This document shows, in pieces, positions 36,007 to 45,047 of a DNA stretch of 64,000 nucleotides. The position numbers and the translations under genes are program-made. The notes below the pieces were generated by a model. It worked only from the letters and a program-made list of their open reading frames with translations, was not told where the DNA came from and ran no database searches. Position 1 is the first letter of the stretch. Each line of letters opens with the position of its first letter. The stretch covers positions 5,930 to 69,929 of IMG/VR virus record IMGVR_UViG_3300044713_000107, one strand, 5' to 3'. Source of the stretch: a virus.

Positions 36007-36119
36007 GCCGCATAGTCGTAGCAGCCAGTGACTAGCGGCCCAACTACTAGTCCAGTAGCTACTAGTAGGTAGATAGTAGCTGTACGCCCGCTGGTACGGC
36101 GTTCCCCGTAGAGATACCT

Positions 36120-36135
36120 TCGAACATGTGAGCGA
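36120..36135. promoter_or_regulatory. Candidate LexA (SOS) box
   Basis: TCGAAC-ATGT-GAGCGA versus actinobacterial TCGAAC-N4-GTTCGA; overlaps TACCTT -10 and start codon. Confidence 0.5.
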
Positions 36136-36547
36136 GTACAGGTCTCCGGTTCCTCCAGGCTGGCCGAAGCAAGTCGACCGCCCCGGCGCACCCGACAGCG
36201 GCTGGGAGACCAGCGCCGTCCGCTGGCTCTACGACCAGGCCCCCGGCGCGTGGCGAGACGGCCTCAATGGACGCCAATACCCCGACCGGCCCCTCATGCT
36301 CGCCCGGGACGTCCGCTATCTCGTCGACGGCCAGATCAACGGGCTACGTGAGGCATACAGGCGCGCCCGCGTCGAACTCGCCGAGAAGTTCGAGCCGAAC
36401 CAGATCGCCGAGCAACTCAACATGTACCAGCAGGAAGCCGCACGCCTCGAAGCGCTCCTCAAACAAGTCCAAGTCGTCGAAGACGCGCTGTCGGGCATCA
36501 GATGGGTGCCCAGGAAAGCCGACGTCACCTTCGACACCCTCAACTGA
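36128..36547 (+). CDS. Conserved actinobacterial hypothetical protein
   Basis: WP..V..PG...WE.SAVRWL...YRRARVEL pattern recalled from Streptomyces proteins. Confidence 0.75.
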   Translation: MSEYRSPVPPGWPKQVDRPGAPDSGWETSAVRWLYDQAPGAWRDGLNGRQYPDRPLMLARDVRYLVDGQINGLREAYRRARVELAEKFEPNQIAEQLNMYQQEAARLEALLKQVQVVEDALSGIRWVPRKADVTFDTLN

Positions 36548-36555
36548 GCCGGCGC

Positions 36556-36744
36556 CTACTGCATGCCGGGCAACACGTCCTGCTCCACCTCGAAGCCGCG
36601 CGGCGTCAGCGGCACCTCGTGGCGGCATGCGGCCCCGCGCCGATACAACCGCGCGACCGGATCCGTGAGCGGCCGACCGCACGCCTCACAGCGCACCACC
36701 CTGCGCTCAGGTGGCACGCTGCCAGGAAGAAGCAGTTGGGTCAT
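36556..36744 (-). CDS. DUF6011-like zinc finger
   Basis: CEACGRPLTDPVAR...GAAC. Confidence 0.75.
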   Translation of the reverse strand: MTQLLLPGSVPPERRVVRCEACGRPLTDPVARLYRRGAACRHEVPLTPRGFEVEQDVLPGMQ

Positions 36745-36884
36745 CGGCCCGTCGGGGAACCAGCACCCGGACCAGGCGGCGGCACAGGCTCCTCGGGCGT
36801 CTCCCTGGACGGCATCGCACGATGGCCGCCCTTCGACACCATCGCCCGCAACTCCGCCGAGGTCAGCCGCTTCTCGCTGCTCAC
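36741..36884 (-). CDS. Small hypothetical protein
   Basis: Overlaps at both ends. Confidence 0.5.
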   Translation of the reverse strand: MSSEKRLTSAELRAMVSKGGHRAMPSRETPEEPVPPPGPGAGSPTGR

Positions 36885-37357
36885 GTCGTCTCCTGGTTGT
36901 TCGGAACGGTTTCCTCGCCGACACCCGAACAACTCGCATCCGGGCGCGGGCCACGCCAGTCCACCGCGGCGTCCGGGCAGGTCTCCCGGTGCTCGCCGTC
37001 GACGTACTCCAGCCACGACTGCCCACACGAGCACGTCCGCCGCCAGCCCGCGAATGCCTGACGGCCGCCCGCGTAGTGGTGCTCCAACGGGCCCACGTAC
37101 AGCGGGCAGTACATCAGGTGCCCCAGCCGCTTCTTCGTCCGCGCGAACTCGGACTCCGGATGCGGGGCGTTGCAGCGCAGGCACTGCCCACGACGCCAGC
37201 GGACGGACATGCTGCGGGCGTCGTACAGCGGCGCGATCAGCTCATCCCACACGACGTCGGCGGTCTCGGCCGGGAGCAGACTCAGAAGACGCTGGGCGGC
37301 CTCCTCGCGGCCCAGCACGACCGGCAGGTGCAGATCGGTATTCAGCGGCTCACGCAT
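36881..37357 (-). CDS. Cys-rich hypothetical protein
   Basis: Operon packing; CLRC, CSC. Confidence 0.6.
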   Translation of the reverse strand: MREPLNTDLHLPVVLGREEAAQRLLSLLPAETADVVWDELIAPLYDARSMSVRWRRGQCLRCNAPHPESEFARTKKRLGHLMYCPLYVGPLEHHYAGGRQAFAGWRRTCSCGQSWLEYVDGEHRETCPDAAVDWRGPRPDASCSGVGEETVPNNQETT

Positions 37358-37706
37358 GCTCGTCCTCCTCGGGCTTGGGCATCGGCGGCAGGTGCAAGTC
37401 GACGAACACGGGCACCTGAGCCGTTGTCGACGCGCTGGGACGCTCCCACTGCGGTTCGCAGTCAGGCGGCTCCAACTGGGCGGGCACTCTGGGCGGGAGA
37501 TGGCCGGCGACCCACGCGGTCCGGGTCACCTGCCGGGACATGAACTCGACGTGATCCTCGCCGTGCAGGGCGACTTCGTGGTCGTAGGCGTTCACAGCAT
37601 CACGGAGGAAGCCGTTGAACTCGCGAGTGTGCTGCTTGCCCTGGAAGTACGTGATGCGGACGGCGTACTCGGTGATGCGCTGGACGTCGGTGGTGGGCTC
37701 GATCAT
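37350..37706 (-). CDS. Hypothetical protein
   Basis: RBS AGGAG before ATG 37706. Confidence 0.55.
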   Translation of the reverse strand: MIEPTTDVQRITEYAVRITYFQGKQHTREFNGFLRDAVNAYDHEVALHGEDHVEFMSRQVTRTAWVAGHLPPRVPAQLEPPDCEPQWERPSASTTAQVPVFVDLHLPPMPKPEEDEHA

Positions 37707-37717
37707 CGGTGGTGCTC

Positions 37718-37924
37718 CTAGCGGCGTTCGTGTTCGGGCTGGCGGGCAGGCAGGCGGTGCAGTTCTTCGAGGTAGGCGATGGCGTAGTCCTGGTTGACGG
37801 TCGACCAGATCGCGGCCAGCTTGAGCCGGTTTCGGCGTTCGACCCGGTGCACCATGACTCGGCCCACGATCAGCCCGGCCGCGACCACGCCAACCGCCAC
37901 CATCCACGCCCACACGGCCGTCAC
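37718..37924 (-). CDS. Small membrane protein
   Basis: N-terminal TM helix. Confidence 0.6.
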   Translation of the reverse strand: MTAVWAWMVAVGVVAAGLIVGRVMVHRVERRNRLKLAAIWSTVNQDYAIAYLEELHRLPARQPEHERR

Positions 37925-38226
37925 CGCTCGGCCTCTGTCAGATTCAGCGGGCCGATGATCTTCTGCCGGAAGCCCAACGCCACAGCATGCGCCCTATTCC
38001 GCGCACCCAACTGCTTGAACATGACCCGCAGGATCGTCTTCACCGTGTCCTCCGCGATGTACAAGCGGCCACCGATCTCCACGTTCGACAAGCCACACGC
38101 AACCAGGCACAACACCTGCCGCTGGCGTGCCGTCAACAAGCCGCCGGCCGCCATGGCATCGTGCTCCCGCACACTGTCCTGCGCGGCCAGCACAGCCGCG
38201 ACCGTGTCCTGCACCGTCGGCGTCAT
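37921..38226 (-). CDS. LuxR-type HTH regulator
   Basis: LTARQRQVL...GLSNVEIG..L.IAEDTVKT...LGARNRAHAV. Confidence 0.9.
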   Translation of the reverse strand: MTPTVQDTVAAVLAAQDSVREHDAMAAGGLLTARQRQVLCLVACGLSNVEIGGRLYIAEDTVKTILRVMFKQLGARNRAHAVALGFRQKIIGPLNLTEAER

Positions 38227-38414
38227 CTGCTCGTCTCCTGCTCGGGCAGTTCACGGAACGAGATCGTGACGGGCTGCGTGGTGCCGCAGTTGCTGCACCG
38301 GACCGCGAACTCGTGATGCACCGCGTCCACAAACTCCGAGTTGGCGATCTCGTCCAGCAGATGCTGCTGCTCGGCGTCAGCAGCAGGCAGCGCAGTGATG
38401 TCGGTCTTCGTCAT
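38223..38414 (-). CDS. Small hypothetical protein
   Basis: ATGA overlaps; CSNC. Confidence 0.55.
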   Translation of the reverse strand: MTKTDITALPAADAEQQHLLDEIANSEFVDAVHHEFAVRCSNCGTTQPVTISFRELPEQETSR

Positions 38415-38884
38415 GACGGGTTCTCCTTCGCGATCGTGTCGAGGTCTCTGGCTGCCATTCGCAGCAGCAGCGGATCCGATGCCGGGCCTGCTTCGACCCG
38501 GTCAGCGGTCGAACGCAACAGGGCAGCGGTCGACCGGCAGGCACTGATGGCGTCCGCGAGCTCCTTCGCGTGCTTGTACGCGGCGTTCCGCCAGCCCTCG
38601 ACCTCCGTGTTCAGCGCGGCGACCTTCGCGGCGTGCCGCTCGTCCGAGCAGACCAGCGGGATGCCAACGCGAAGCCGCTCCAACTCCGGCTGCACGACGG
38701 CGGCCATCAGGTCGGCGATAGCGTCGACCGGGCCCTCAATGGCCGTGACCTGGTCGAAGTTCAGCACCGTGGCTTGGATCGGATGCGCCGCATCACACGC
38801 AGCCGGGTCCGGGCAGTCGTCGTCGCACAACCGCCCGGCCTCACGCAGCGCCTCGGCGATCCGGGCACGCAGGTCATCAGCCAC
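38411..38884 (-). CDS. Hypothetical coiled-coil protein
   Basis: RBS GGAG before GTG 38884. Confidence 0.55.
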   Translation of the reverse strand: MADDLRARIAEALREAGRLCDDDCPDPAACDAAHPIQATVLNFDQVTAIEGPVDAIADLMAAVVQPELERLRVGIPLVCSDERHAAKVAALNTEVEGWRNAAYKHAKELADAISACRSTAALLRSTADRVEAGPASDPLLLRMAARDLDTIAKENPS

Positions 38885-39218
38885 GGCGGGTCTCCTTCCG
38901 CCGCTCGTGCATGCGGATCGCGTCAGCAACCGTGAATCCGTTCACCGTCACCAACGGCGCGGCCTCGCGGGCGAGCTTCAACGCCGTGTCCAGGTCGAAG
39001 CGATGCTCAGCAAGCCACTCGTCCTCACGCGCCGACGGCCGCATCTCGTACTCCCAGGCGCCCGCCGCCGAGAGGCAGCACCCGTGGCGGAGGACTGCCC
39101 AACGGTCGCGGCCTCGGTACTCGACGGTGATCTCGAACGCGCCGCCGTCCATGACGCCTTCGGGTACGCAGTTGACGGTGTAGCGGTCCGCACGCACGGC
39201 AGGCTCAGGCACGGTCAT
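38877..39218 (-). CDS. Conserved actinophage hypothetical protein
   Basis: ITVEYRG..RWAV...WEYE..PSARED.W...RFDL..AL. Confidence 0.7.
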   Translation of the reverse strand: MTVPEPAVRADRYTVNCVPEGVMDGGAFEITVEYRGRDRWAVLRHGCCLSAAGAWEYEMRPSAREDEWLAEHRFDLDTALKLAREAAPLVTVNGFTVADAIRMHERRKETRRG

Positions 39219-39552
39219 CACGGGCCTCCCCGAGAATCGCCCGCGCCGTCGCCAGAGCGAGCTCGTCGAACCGGTCGGTCTCCTGGATGTCCGCCTCCGG
39301 GTCGAAGCGGCCAGCAGCCGCGTCCAGCCAGTTGGACAGCGCCAACGCCACGCCCGGGTGCAGCGTTGCCACGTACTCGCTGACGCCGCCCCAAAACGCG
39401 AGCAGGATCGGCGCGTCCTCACCGGGCGCGGTCAACACGCCCTGCTTCTCCGGGAACGGCTTCTGGATCCACGGCGTCGGCACGTGCCCGACATCAGCGT
39501 TCAGCTCCCGCAGACGGGCAGACGCGGCACGCAATGTCTCAATGTCGTTCAT
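39205..39552 (-). CDS. Hypothetical protein
   Basis: PTPW...YVATLHPGVALAL..WL pattern. Confidence 0.6.
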   Translation of the reverse strand: MNDIETLRAASARLRELNADVGHVPTPWIQKPFPEKQGVLTAPGEDAPILLAFWGGVSEYVATLHPGVALALSNWLDAAAGRFDPEADIQETDRFDELALATARAILGEARDDRA

Positions 39553-39791
39553 GAGGTCTCCTGGGTGGTGTTGGTGTCGGCCATGCGCAGCACGGCCTCC
39601 ATCGCTGCCGCACGGTCACGCGGGTCGTGCCAGAACGTCTCCGCCCCAAGCACCTCGACGACCTTGAACAGCACCTCGTTGCGGTGCACCGCCTCGTACT
39701 CGTCGAGCAGCTCGTCGACCTCGCTGACGGGCCGGTTCGCCATCGCGAACGCGAGCCCGAACGGCACGCGGATGTCATCCCGGGCGCTCAT
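39549..39791 (-). CDS. Small hypothetical protein
   Basis: ATGA overlaps. Confidence 0.55.
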   Translation of the reverse strand: MSARDDIRVPFGLAFAMANRPVSEVDELLDEYEAVHRNEVLFKVVEVLGAETFWHDPRDRAAAMEAVLRMADTNTTQETS

Positions 39792-40294
39792 CGGGTCGCC
39801 TCCCCGGCAGCCGGCACAGCCAGGTCGAGCGCGGCCCGTACGTCGTCGGCGAACAGGAAGCCCTTCCCGTCCTCGTTCTTCCAGACACGAACCTGGGCGA
39901 TCGCGTGGACCTTCGCCTCGGCCTTCTTGCGGGCGAGAGTCGCGGCAATGGCCTTCTCCATGCGCTCCTGTGCGCGCTCCACGGCCTCGTCACGCTCGCG
40001 ACGCTCACGCGCCAACTCAGACCGGAGGCGCTTCACCTCGTGCGCCTCGCCCAGGTAGTTGTCCATCGCGGCGCGGTACTCGAACTCCCAGAACAGGAGC
40101 TCGCCGAGACGCTGCTCCGACTCGAAGCGGAGGCCGTCGATCACGGGCATCACGGCGTCGGCGTACAACTCCCGGACCCGCACACAGTCCGCACACCCGG
40201 TCTCGCCGGGCTCGAAACCACACTCGCCACAGAACGCGCCAGCGGTCGACAAGGCGGCGAGCACCTGCTCGCGCTCGGGCATTTCCTTGCTCAC
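39788..40294 (-). CDS. Coiled-coil hypothetical protein with CxxC
   Basis: Operon packing. Confidence 0.6.
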   Translation of the reverse strand: MSKEMPEREQVLAALSTAGAFCGECGFEPGETGCADCVRVRELYADAVMPVIDGLRFESEQRLGELLFWEFEYRAAMDNYLGEAHEVKRLRSELARERRERDEAVERAQERMEKAIAATLARKKAEAKVHAIAQVRVWKNEDGKGFLFADDVRAALDLAVPAAGEATR

Positions 40295-40530
40295 CAGTTC
40301 TCCTCTCCAGTGCTCGGGTAGGCGGCCAGGAAGATCGGGCAGCGATCCGCATGGTCGTTCGGGTTCGGGTAGCAGTCACAGGCACGCAACTTGGCCAGCT
40401 CGGCGCGGAGGCGGTCCAGCTCCGCCAGCAGCACGCCCACGGTCGTGGTGTCGCGCCAGTCCGGGTGCGTGGTCCGCTCGAACTCAGCGCGGATCTGCTG
40501 CTCGCGCTCGGGGGACAGGGGCCCGGTCAC
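40291..40530 (-). CDS. Hypothetical protein
   Basis: GTGA overlap; LLAELDRLRAEL. Confidence 0.6.
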   Translation of the reverse strand: MTGPLSPEREQQIRAEFERTTHPDWRDTTTVGVLLAELDRLRAELAKLRACDCYPNPNDHADRCPIFLAAYPSTGEENW

Positions 40531-40703
40531 CGCAGGTCTCCTTCGTGCTGCTTCCGCCACTCGTAGCGAAGCGCGGCCATCTCCTCGCAGATCGCATCGA
40601 AGTTGGCCTGAGCCCGGGACAACGCCTTCCGGGCGTCCTCCGCGTTCGCTTGCAGCCGCCGCATCTGCTTCTCGTACTCGGCCTCAGACAGTTCGTCAGG
40701 CAT
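40527..40703 (-). CDS. Small coiled-coil protein
   Basis: RBS GGAG before ATG 40703. Confidence 0.55.
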   Translation of the reverse strand: MPDELSEAEYEKQMRRLQANAEDARKALSRAQANFDAICEEMAALRYEWRKQHEGDLR

Positions 40704-40729
40704 CGGGGGTCTCCTTCGGGGTGGTGGGG

Positions 40730-41767
40730 TCAAGCCGCGGCACGAGCCGCAAGAAACGGAACACCAGCAGCAGCCGACACAACATGCGCCGCCAACAACG
40801 GCGGCACAGCGTTACCGACCTGAAGCGACCGCTGGCCCTTGTTTCCCTGGAACGGGTAGCCATCAGGGAAGCCCTGCAGACGGCCGGCTTCCTCGACCGT
40901 CAGATTCAGGTGACCGCCGGCCTGCTTCCCACCGACATGCCCGACCGTCCCGGTGACAGTCGGCGCCGGACGCCGCCAAGCCCAATGGCTGGGGTTGTCC
41001 ATCGCCGCGCGCATCGCCTTACGGCTCGTCGACGAGAACGGCTCAGCGCCGCCCGTCTCCGTGCCGCCGCCCGTCACCGTCGGCGCCGGCCGCCGGGTGT
41101 AGCCCCAGCCGAGCGTGTCCGCCATCGTCCGCCACGGCAGCAGCGCCGGACCGAACAGGTCGTCAGCCGGATGCTCGGCATGCGTCGGAGCAGGCGGCGA
41201 AACCTGCCGCACCCGGGACGCGACCAGGAACGCCCTGCGGCGCGCCTGCCCCAGGCCGTAGTCCGCGGCGTGGAGGATCCCGCACCACGAGCTGTAGCCC
41301 CAGCCGGTGAGGATCTCGCCGTAGTGCCGCCACAGCGGCAGGACCGCGGGGACCTGCTCCATGGCTATCCACTCGGGGCGGATCGCCTCCAGGTAGCGCA
41401 TCGGCTCGGCGGCCAGCAGTGACCGCGGGTCCTTGCAGTCGGCGAGCAGTTGCGGGCGGGAGTCGCGGCCGTGGGCCAGGTCGTGGACCGCCTGGTGCAC
41501 GAGCGGCTCGTCGTCCAGGCCGGCCATCTTGCCTCCCTGGGACCAGGTCTGGCACGGCGGCGAAGCGATCACGGCGCGGACGTTGCCGACCATCCGAGCA
41601 ACGGTGAGGGCGGCGACGTCGGCCTGGACCGTGGTGTGTCCGGCGGCGCGGCGGGTGTTGCAGGCGGCGGTGTCGAACTCCACGCCGACGTCCCGCACGT
41701 CGAGCATTCGCAGGGCCTCGCTCCAGCCTCCGGGGCCCGCGAACAGGTCCAGAATCACGGCGGTCAT
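40730..41767 (-). CDS. C5-cytosine DNA methyltransferase
   Basis: DLFAGPGG, ASPPCQ, MEQV, QARRRAF, LQGFP, QVGNAVPP. Confidence 0.92.
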   Translation of the reverse strand: MTAVILDLFAGPGGWSEALRMLDVRDVGVEFDTAACNTRRAAGHTTVQADVAALTVARMVGNVRAVIASPPCQTWSQGGKMAGLDDEPLVHQAVHDLAHGRDSRPQLLADCKDPRSLLAAEPMRYLEAIRPEWIAMEQVPAVLPLWRHYGEILTGWGYSSWCGILHAADYGLGQARRRAFLVASRVRQVSPPAPTHAEHPADDLFGPALLPWRTMADTLGWGYTRRPAPTVTGGGTETGGAEPFSSTSRKAMRAAMDNPSHWAWRRPAPTVTGTVGHVGGKQAGGHLNLTVEEAGRLQGFPDGYPFQGNKGQRSLQVGNAVPPLLAAHVVSAAAGVPFLAARAAA

Positions 41768-41842
41768 GCGGTTTCTCCAGTTCGGGCTGGGGCTTCGGGG
41801 TGGTGGGGTCGCGCCAACAGGAACAACCCCAAGGCGGGCAGG

Positions 41843-42148
41843 TCAGTCTTCGTTCTCGAAGTACGTGGTGATGGCGGCGTGGCGCTTCCAGCGGTCCGTG
41901 AACGCCTCCACGGACACATCGCCCTCCGTGTACGCGGCAAGCCCGAACACACCCAACTCCGTGTCGTCGTAGACCGCGACGACCTGATACGGCCAGTCGC
42001 CAACGAGACGGCCGTCGATACCGGCCAGCTCCCGCCAGCCGGTGCCGGTGAGCAGCTCGATCCAGTCGTAGCCGCTGTCACACAGGGCCGGGTTGGGCAG
42101 CTCGGGCAGGAGCGCGGTGGCGGCCTCGATGCTGAGGATCTCGGTCAT
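41843..42148 (-). CDS. Hypothetical protein
   Basis: RBS GGAG; LGDW-like LVGDWPY. Confidence 0.65.
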   Translation of the reverse strand: MTEILSIEAATALLPELPNPALCDSGYDWIELLTGTGWRELAGIDGRLVGDWPYQVVAVYDDTELGVFGLAAYTEGDVSVEAFTDRWKRHAAITTYFENED

Positions 42149-42163
42149 GGCGGTGGTCTCCGA

Positions 42164-42466
42164 TCAGGCGGTCGGGTCGGTGGGGCGCGGCAGTAGTTGG
42201 CCCTCGGAGTTGACCGGGTGGGCGTGGCGGGTGCCACAGAAGCGGCAGCCGGCCTCGATGGCGGCGCAGTCGGTGGTGGCCTCGGCTGCCTGCAGAGTGC
42301 AGACGTTGCGGTCGTCGCCGTCCCACTTCACGGCGATCCACAGGCCCTGGAACTGGCCCGGCATGTCGTGCAGGTCGACGGCGTCGCCGACGTTGAGGTC
42401 GCGCAGGCTCTCACCGTTGTCGAGCTCGATGGCCCAGTGGTCGACGGTGATCTCTCGGACGGGCAC
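42164..42466 (-). CDS. Hypothetical protein
   Basis: RBS AGGAG. Confidence 0.6.
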   Translation of the reverse strand: MPVREITVDHWAIELDNGESLRDLNVGDAVDLHDMPGQFQGLWIAVKWDGDDRNVCTLQAAEATTDCAAIEAGCRFCGTRHAHPVNSEGQLLPRPTDPTA

Positions 42467-42475
42467 GGCGGGCTC

Positions 42476-42706
42476 CTAGGCGGTGGCGGTGGGGTGCGGG
42501 TTGCGGCACGTCGGGCCGTAGATGTCGGCGGACCGAACGTGGTCGATCTGGCAGTGACCGGACTCGTCGACGTTGCCCTCCCACATGCACGGGGACAGGT
42601 CGATCTCGTGGTCGTCGCACCGGTCCATCCCGTACTTCGAGTGGGTGGCCCCGGCACTGCACCACTCCCGGCCGTCGATGTGGGCGCAGAGGAAGGTGAA
42701 CGGCAT
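42476..42706 (-). CDS. Cys/His-rich small protein
   Basis: RBS GGAG before ATG 42706. Confidence 0.55.
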   Translation of the reverse strand: MPFTFLCAHIDGREWCSAGATHSKYGMDRCDDHEIDLSPCMWEGNVDESGHCQIDHVRSADIYGPTCRNPHPTATA

Positions 42707-42719
42707 GACGGGCTCCAGT

Positions 42720-42998
42720 TCAGGCGGCGGTGCTGGGGGTGTGGGTGAGCGGTTCGGTGCGGGCGGCGTACACCGCGTCACGGTGCGCATCCATCGCGGA
42801 CTCACGGTCATCAGTCCGCTCGTTGTACTTGTCGATCACCCAGCGGCCCACGGAACGGCCCGTGTTCGCGCGGTCCTCGGACTCGTCGAACACGACCGTG
42901 TCGTAGCGGCCACGACAGATACGGATCGTCGACACGAGCAGGACACGGTCACCGCCATGGACGGGGGTCGTACGGACGGTCTCAGGCAGACAGGACAT
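42720..42998 (-). CDS. Hypothetical protein
   Basis: RBS AGGAG; VSTI...YDTVVF. Confidence 0.6.
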   Translation of the reverse strand: MSCLPETVRTTPVHGGDRVLLVSTIRICRGRYDTVVFDESEDRANTGRSVGRWVIDKYNERTDDRESAMDAHRDAVYAARTEPLTHTPSTAA

Positions 42999-43086
42999 GA
43001 CGGGCTCCTAGGCGGCGAGGGTGAGGCGGTTGTTGGGGCTGAGTGCCTGACGGGCTGCCCGTACGAGACGGGCAGCCGACCGGCCA

Positions 43087-43509
43087 TCAGACGAAGCACG
43101 CGAACCCGAACGTCTGGTCGACGCCGGTCTCGTCCAGCACCTCGATGTCCGTCGCGGCGTCGCGGTCCGCGAGACGCATCACCACCCGGCCGACACGCTC
43201 GACACCCGCGGCAGTCAGCACGCGCTCCTTGACGCCCTCGGCGGTGCGGTACCGCAGCGTGAACACGGGCTCCGGCGTCCAGTCCCGCCCGTACGCGGTC
43301 AGCTCGACGTAGGCGTTCCGGTTCCGGTCGTGGCCAGTGGAGAGGAGGCCCATGCGGGCGGCACGACCGACAGCGGCGGGGATGTGGTTCTGGGCGTCGC
43401 CCATGCCCCAGCCGAGCGCGGCCACGTCGGTGCGGAGGTAGGTGCTGGACTGCAGGCGGCGCATGACGTCGGCGACGGTCGCGGTACGGAGAGCGGCGGT
43501 GGTGAGCAT
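43087..43509 (-). CDS. Hypothetical protein with winged-helix-like N-terminus
   Basis: RBS AGAGG; helical N-terminus then VELT. Confidence 0.55.
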   Translation of the reverse strand: MLTTAALRTATVADVMRRLQSSTYLRTDVAALGWGMGDAQNHIPAAVGRAARMGLLSTGHDRNRNAYVELTAYGRDWTPEPVFTLRYRTAEGVKERVLTAAGVERVGRVVMRLADRDAATDIEVLDETGVDQTFGFACFV

Positions 43510-43566
43510 CGGGGCCTCTTTCGGACTGGCGGTACGCGGACGGGCGGCGGGTGCGGCGAAGTCGGT

Positions 43567-43974
43567 CTATGCGACCTCCGCGAGGACATGGACGGGGACG
43601 AGGTGCGCGGTCCGGCTGTAGCTGCGGAGGCCGGACTCGATGGCCGGGTCGCCGGGCACGTACACGTGGGCGTGGATCCATCGGCCGGTGGTGCGGTGGC
43701 GGACCCAGGCCTTGAGCGGGTTGCGGTGGTTGGTGAGCCGGTAGGCGGTGGCGATGTGGCGGCCGGCCCAGGAGTGGTAGCCGTCCTTGAACTCCGGCTC
43801 CACGCCGTAGCCGTCGAGGATCGTGTTGACGGTGACGAGCTGCCCGAGGTCGAGCATCTGCTGGACCTGGGTGCCGTCGAGGAGGCGGAAGAGGAGGTCG
43901 GTGGGGAGCTGCATGACGCGGCCGAGGATCGCGGTGACCTGGCGGGTGATCGAGCGGCGGGCGGTGGCGTTCAC
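43567..43974 (-). CDS. Hypothetical protein, first gene of leftward module
   Basis: RBS AGGGGAG before GTG 43974. Confidence 0.65.
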   Translation of the reverse strand: MNATARRSITRQVTAILGRVMQLPTDLLFRLLDGTQVQQMLDLGQLVTVNTILDGYGVEPEFKDGYHSWAGRHIATAYRLTNHRNPLKAWVRHRTTGRWIHAHVYVPGDPAIESGLRSYSRTAHLVPVHVLAEVA

Positions 43975-44022
43975 GGTGGCTCCCCTGGTGCAGTGGGCCG
44001 CTGTGCGCTTCCCTCTGCTCCA

Positions 44023-44094
44023 ATTATGTAGCCCTACGCGTAGCGCTGTCCATAGGTGTGGTGTAGCAATATTGAGAGCCCTACATGTAGCGCT
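44023..44094. promoter_or_regulatory. Operator pair and leftward promoter
   Basis: 18-bp repeats agccctacgcgtagcgct (44030-44047) and agccctacatgtagcgct (44077-44094); minus strand TGGACA-18-CATAAT brackets the first. Confidence 0.7.
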
Positions 44095-44135
44095 CCGATG
44101 CGCCCTATCCGTAGTACTCCAACCCGTGAGACCAT

Positions 44136-44655
44136 GACGACCATGACCAAGACCTGGAAGCCCGACGACGAAACCGCAGAGATCTTCGCCACCTACAGGG
44201 ACGCCATCGAAACCGAACGCCGACTCAAGCCCGACGTGCGGGAACGCGCCGAAGCCGCCCTCAAAGCCGGAGCCACCGGAACCCAGCTCTCCCGCCTCAC
44301 CGGCATGACACCCGAGGTCTTCCGACGCATGGCCCGCGACCTCGAACTCCCCGTCGACCCGCGCTACGCCGAACGCGCCGCAGCCAGCCGCCGAAAGCCC
44401 CGAACCGACGCCGCGAAAGCCACCGCGACCGAACCCCGCGAGCGCCCGTCCCCGCAGCCGGACGCGGAGCAGCCCAACCCCGTCCCGCAGCTGACTGATC
44501 GACAGGCCGCCGAGCTGGCCACGCGCGCCTACCCCAAGGCCGACCCGCGCCAGTACGAACTGCTGGCCAACGCTTCCGCCAACGGAGACCGCGCCGTCAT
44601 CCGGGCCGCACTCGACATGGGCCTGCTCGACGCAACGGACCTGCTCATCACCTGA
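44136..44655 (+). CDS. HTH regulator divergent from leftward module
   Basis: ALKAGATGTQLSRLTGMTPEVFRRM; start approximate. Confidence 0.7.
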
Positions 44656-44814
44656 GCCGCCCCGCCCCGCTGCCGCCGGCCCTGCCTGCCGCGCGGCATT
44701 TCGTGCTGCCCAGAACGCGCGAGCTGACGACAGAACGTTCCCGTACTGACGCCCTGTGACCTGCCCCACAGCCGAATCCTTGCCGCGCACCGAAACGCTG
44801 AGCACGCTGGGCGC

Positions 44815-45042
44815 ATGGACCAAATCCCACGCCAACACCCCGTCGAAATCAGCGTGTTCAACCCCTGCGACCGCATGCGGCAAGTCCGCATCGCCCGCCC
44901 CGGCCACACGCCCCTGTGGGTCCAATGCCAGTCGCAGGCCGAGCTTGAGTCTGCGATCAACACGCACCGCCCCGGCATCGACCACACCGACCCCGAACAG
45001 GTCCACTGGATCGACCACCCCGGCGAATGGTCCGGCATCTGA
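44815..45042 (+). CDS. Small hypothetical protein
   Basis: Fills gap up to convergent gene. Confidence 0.5.
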   Translation: MDQIPRQHPVEISVFNPCDRMRQVRIARPGHTPLWVQCQSQAELESAINTHRPGIDHTDPEQVHWIDHPGEWSGI

Positions 45043-45047
45043 CCCGC

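Noticed and set aside
9040-36556. Target-site duplication or att cores flanking the tra/replicon block
   Set aside because: No matching direct repeat found by eye at either border; needs a computational search.
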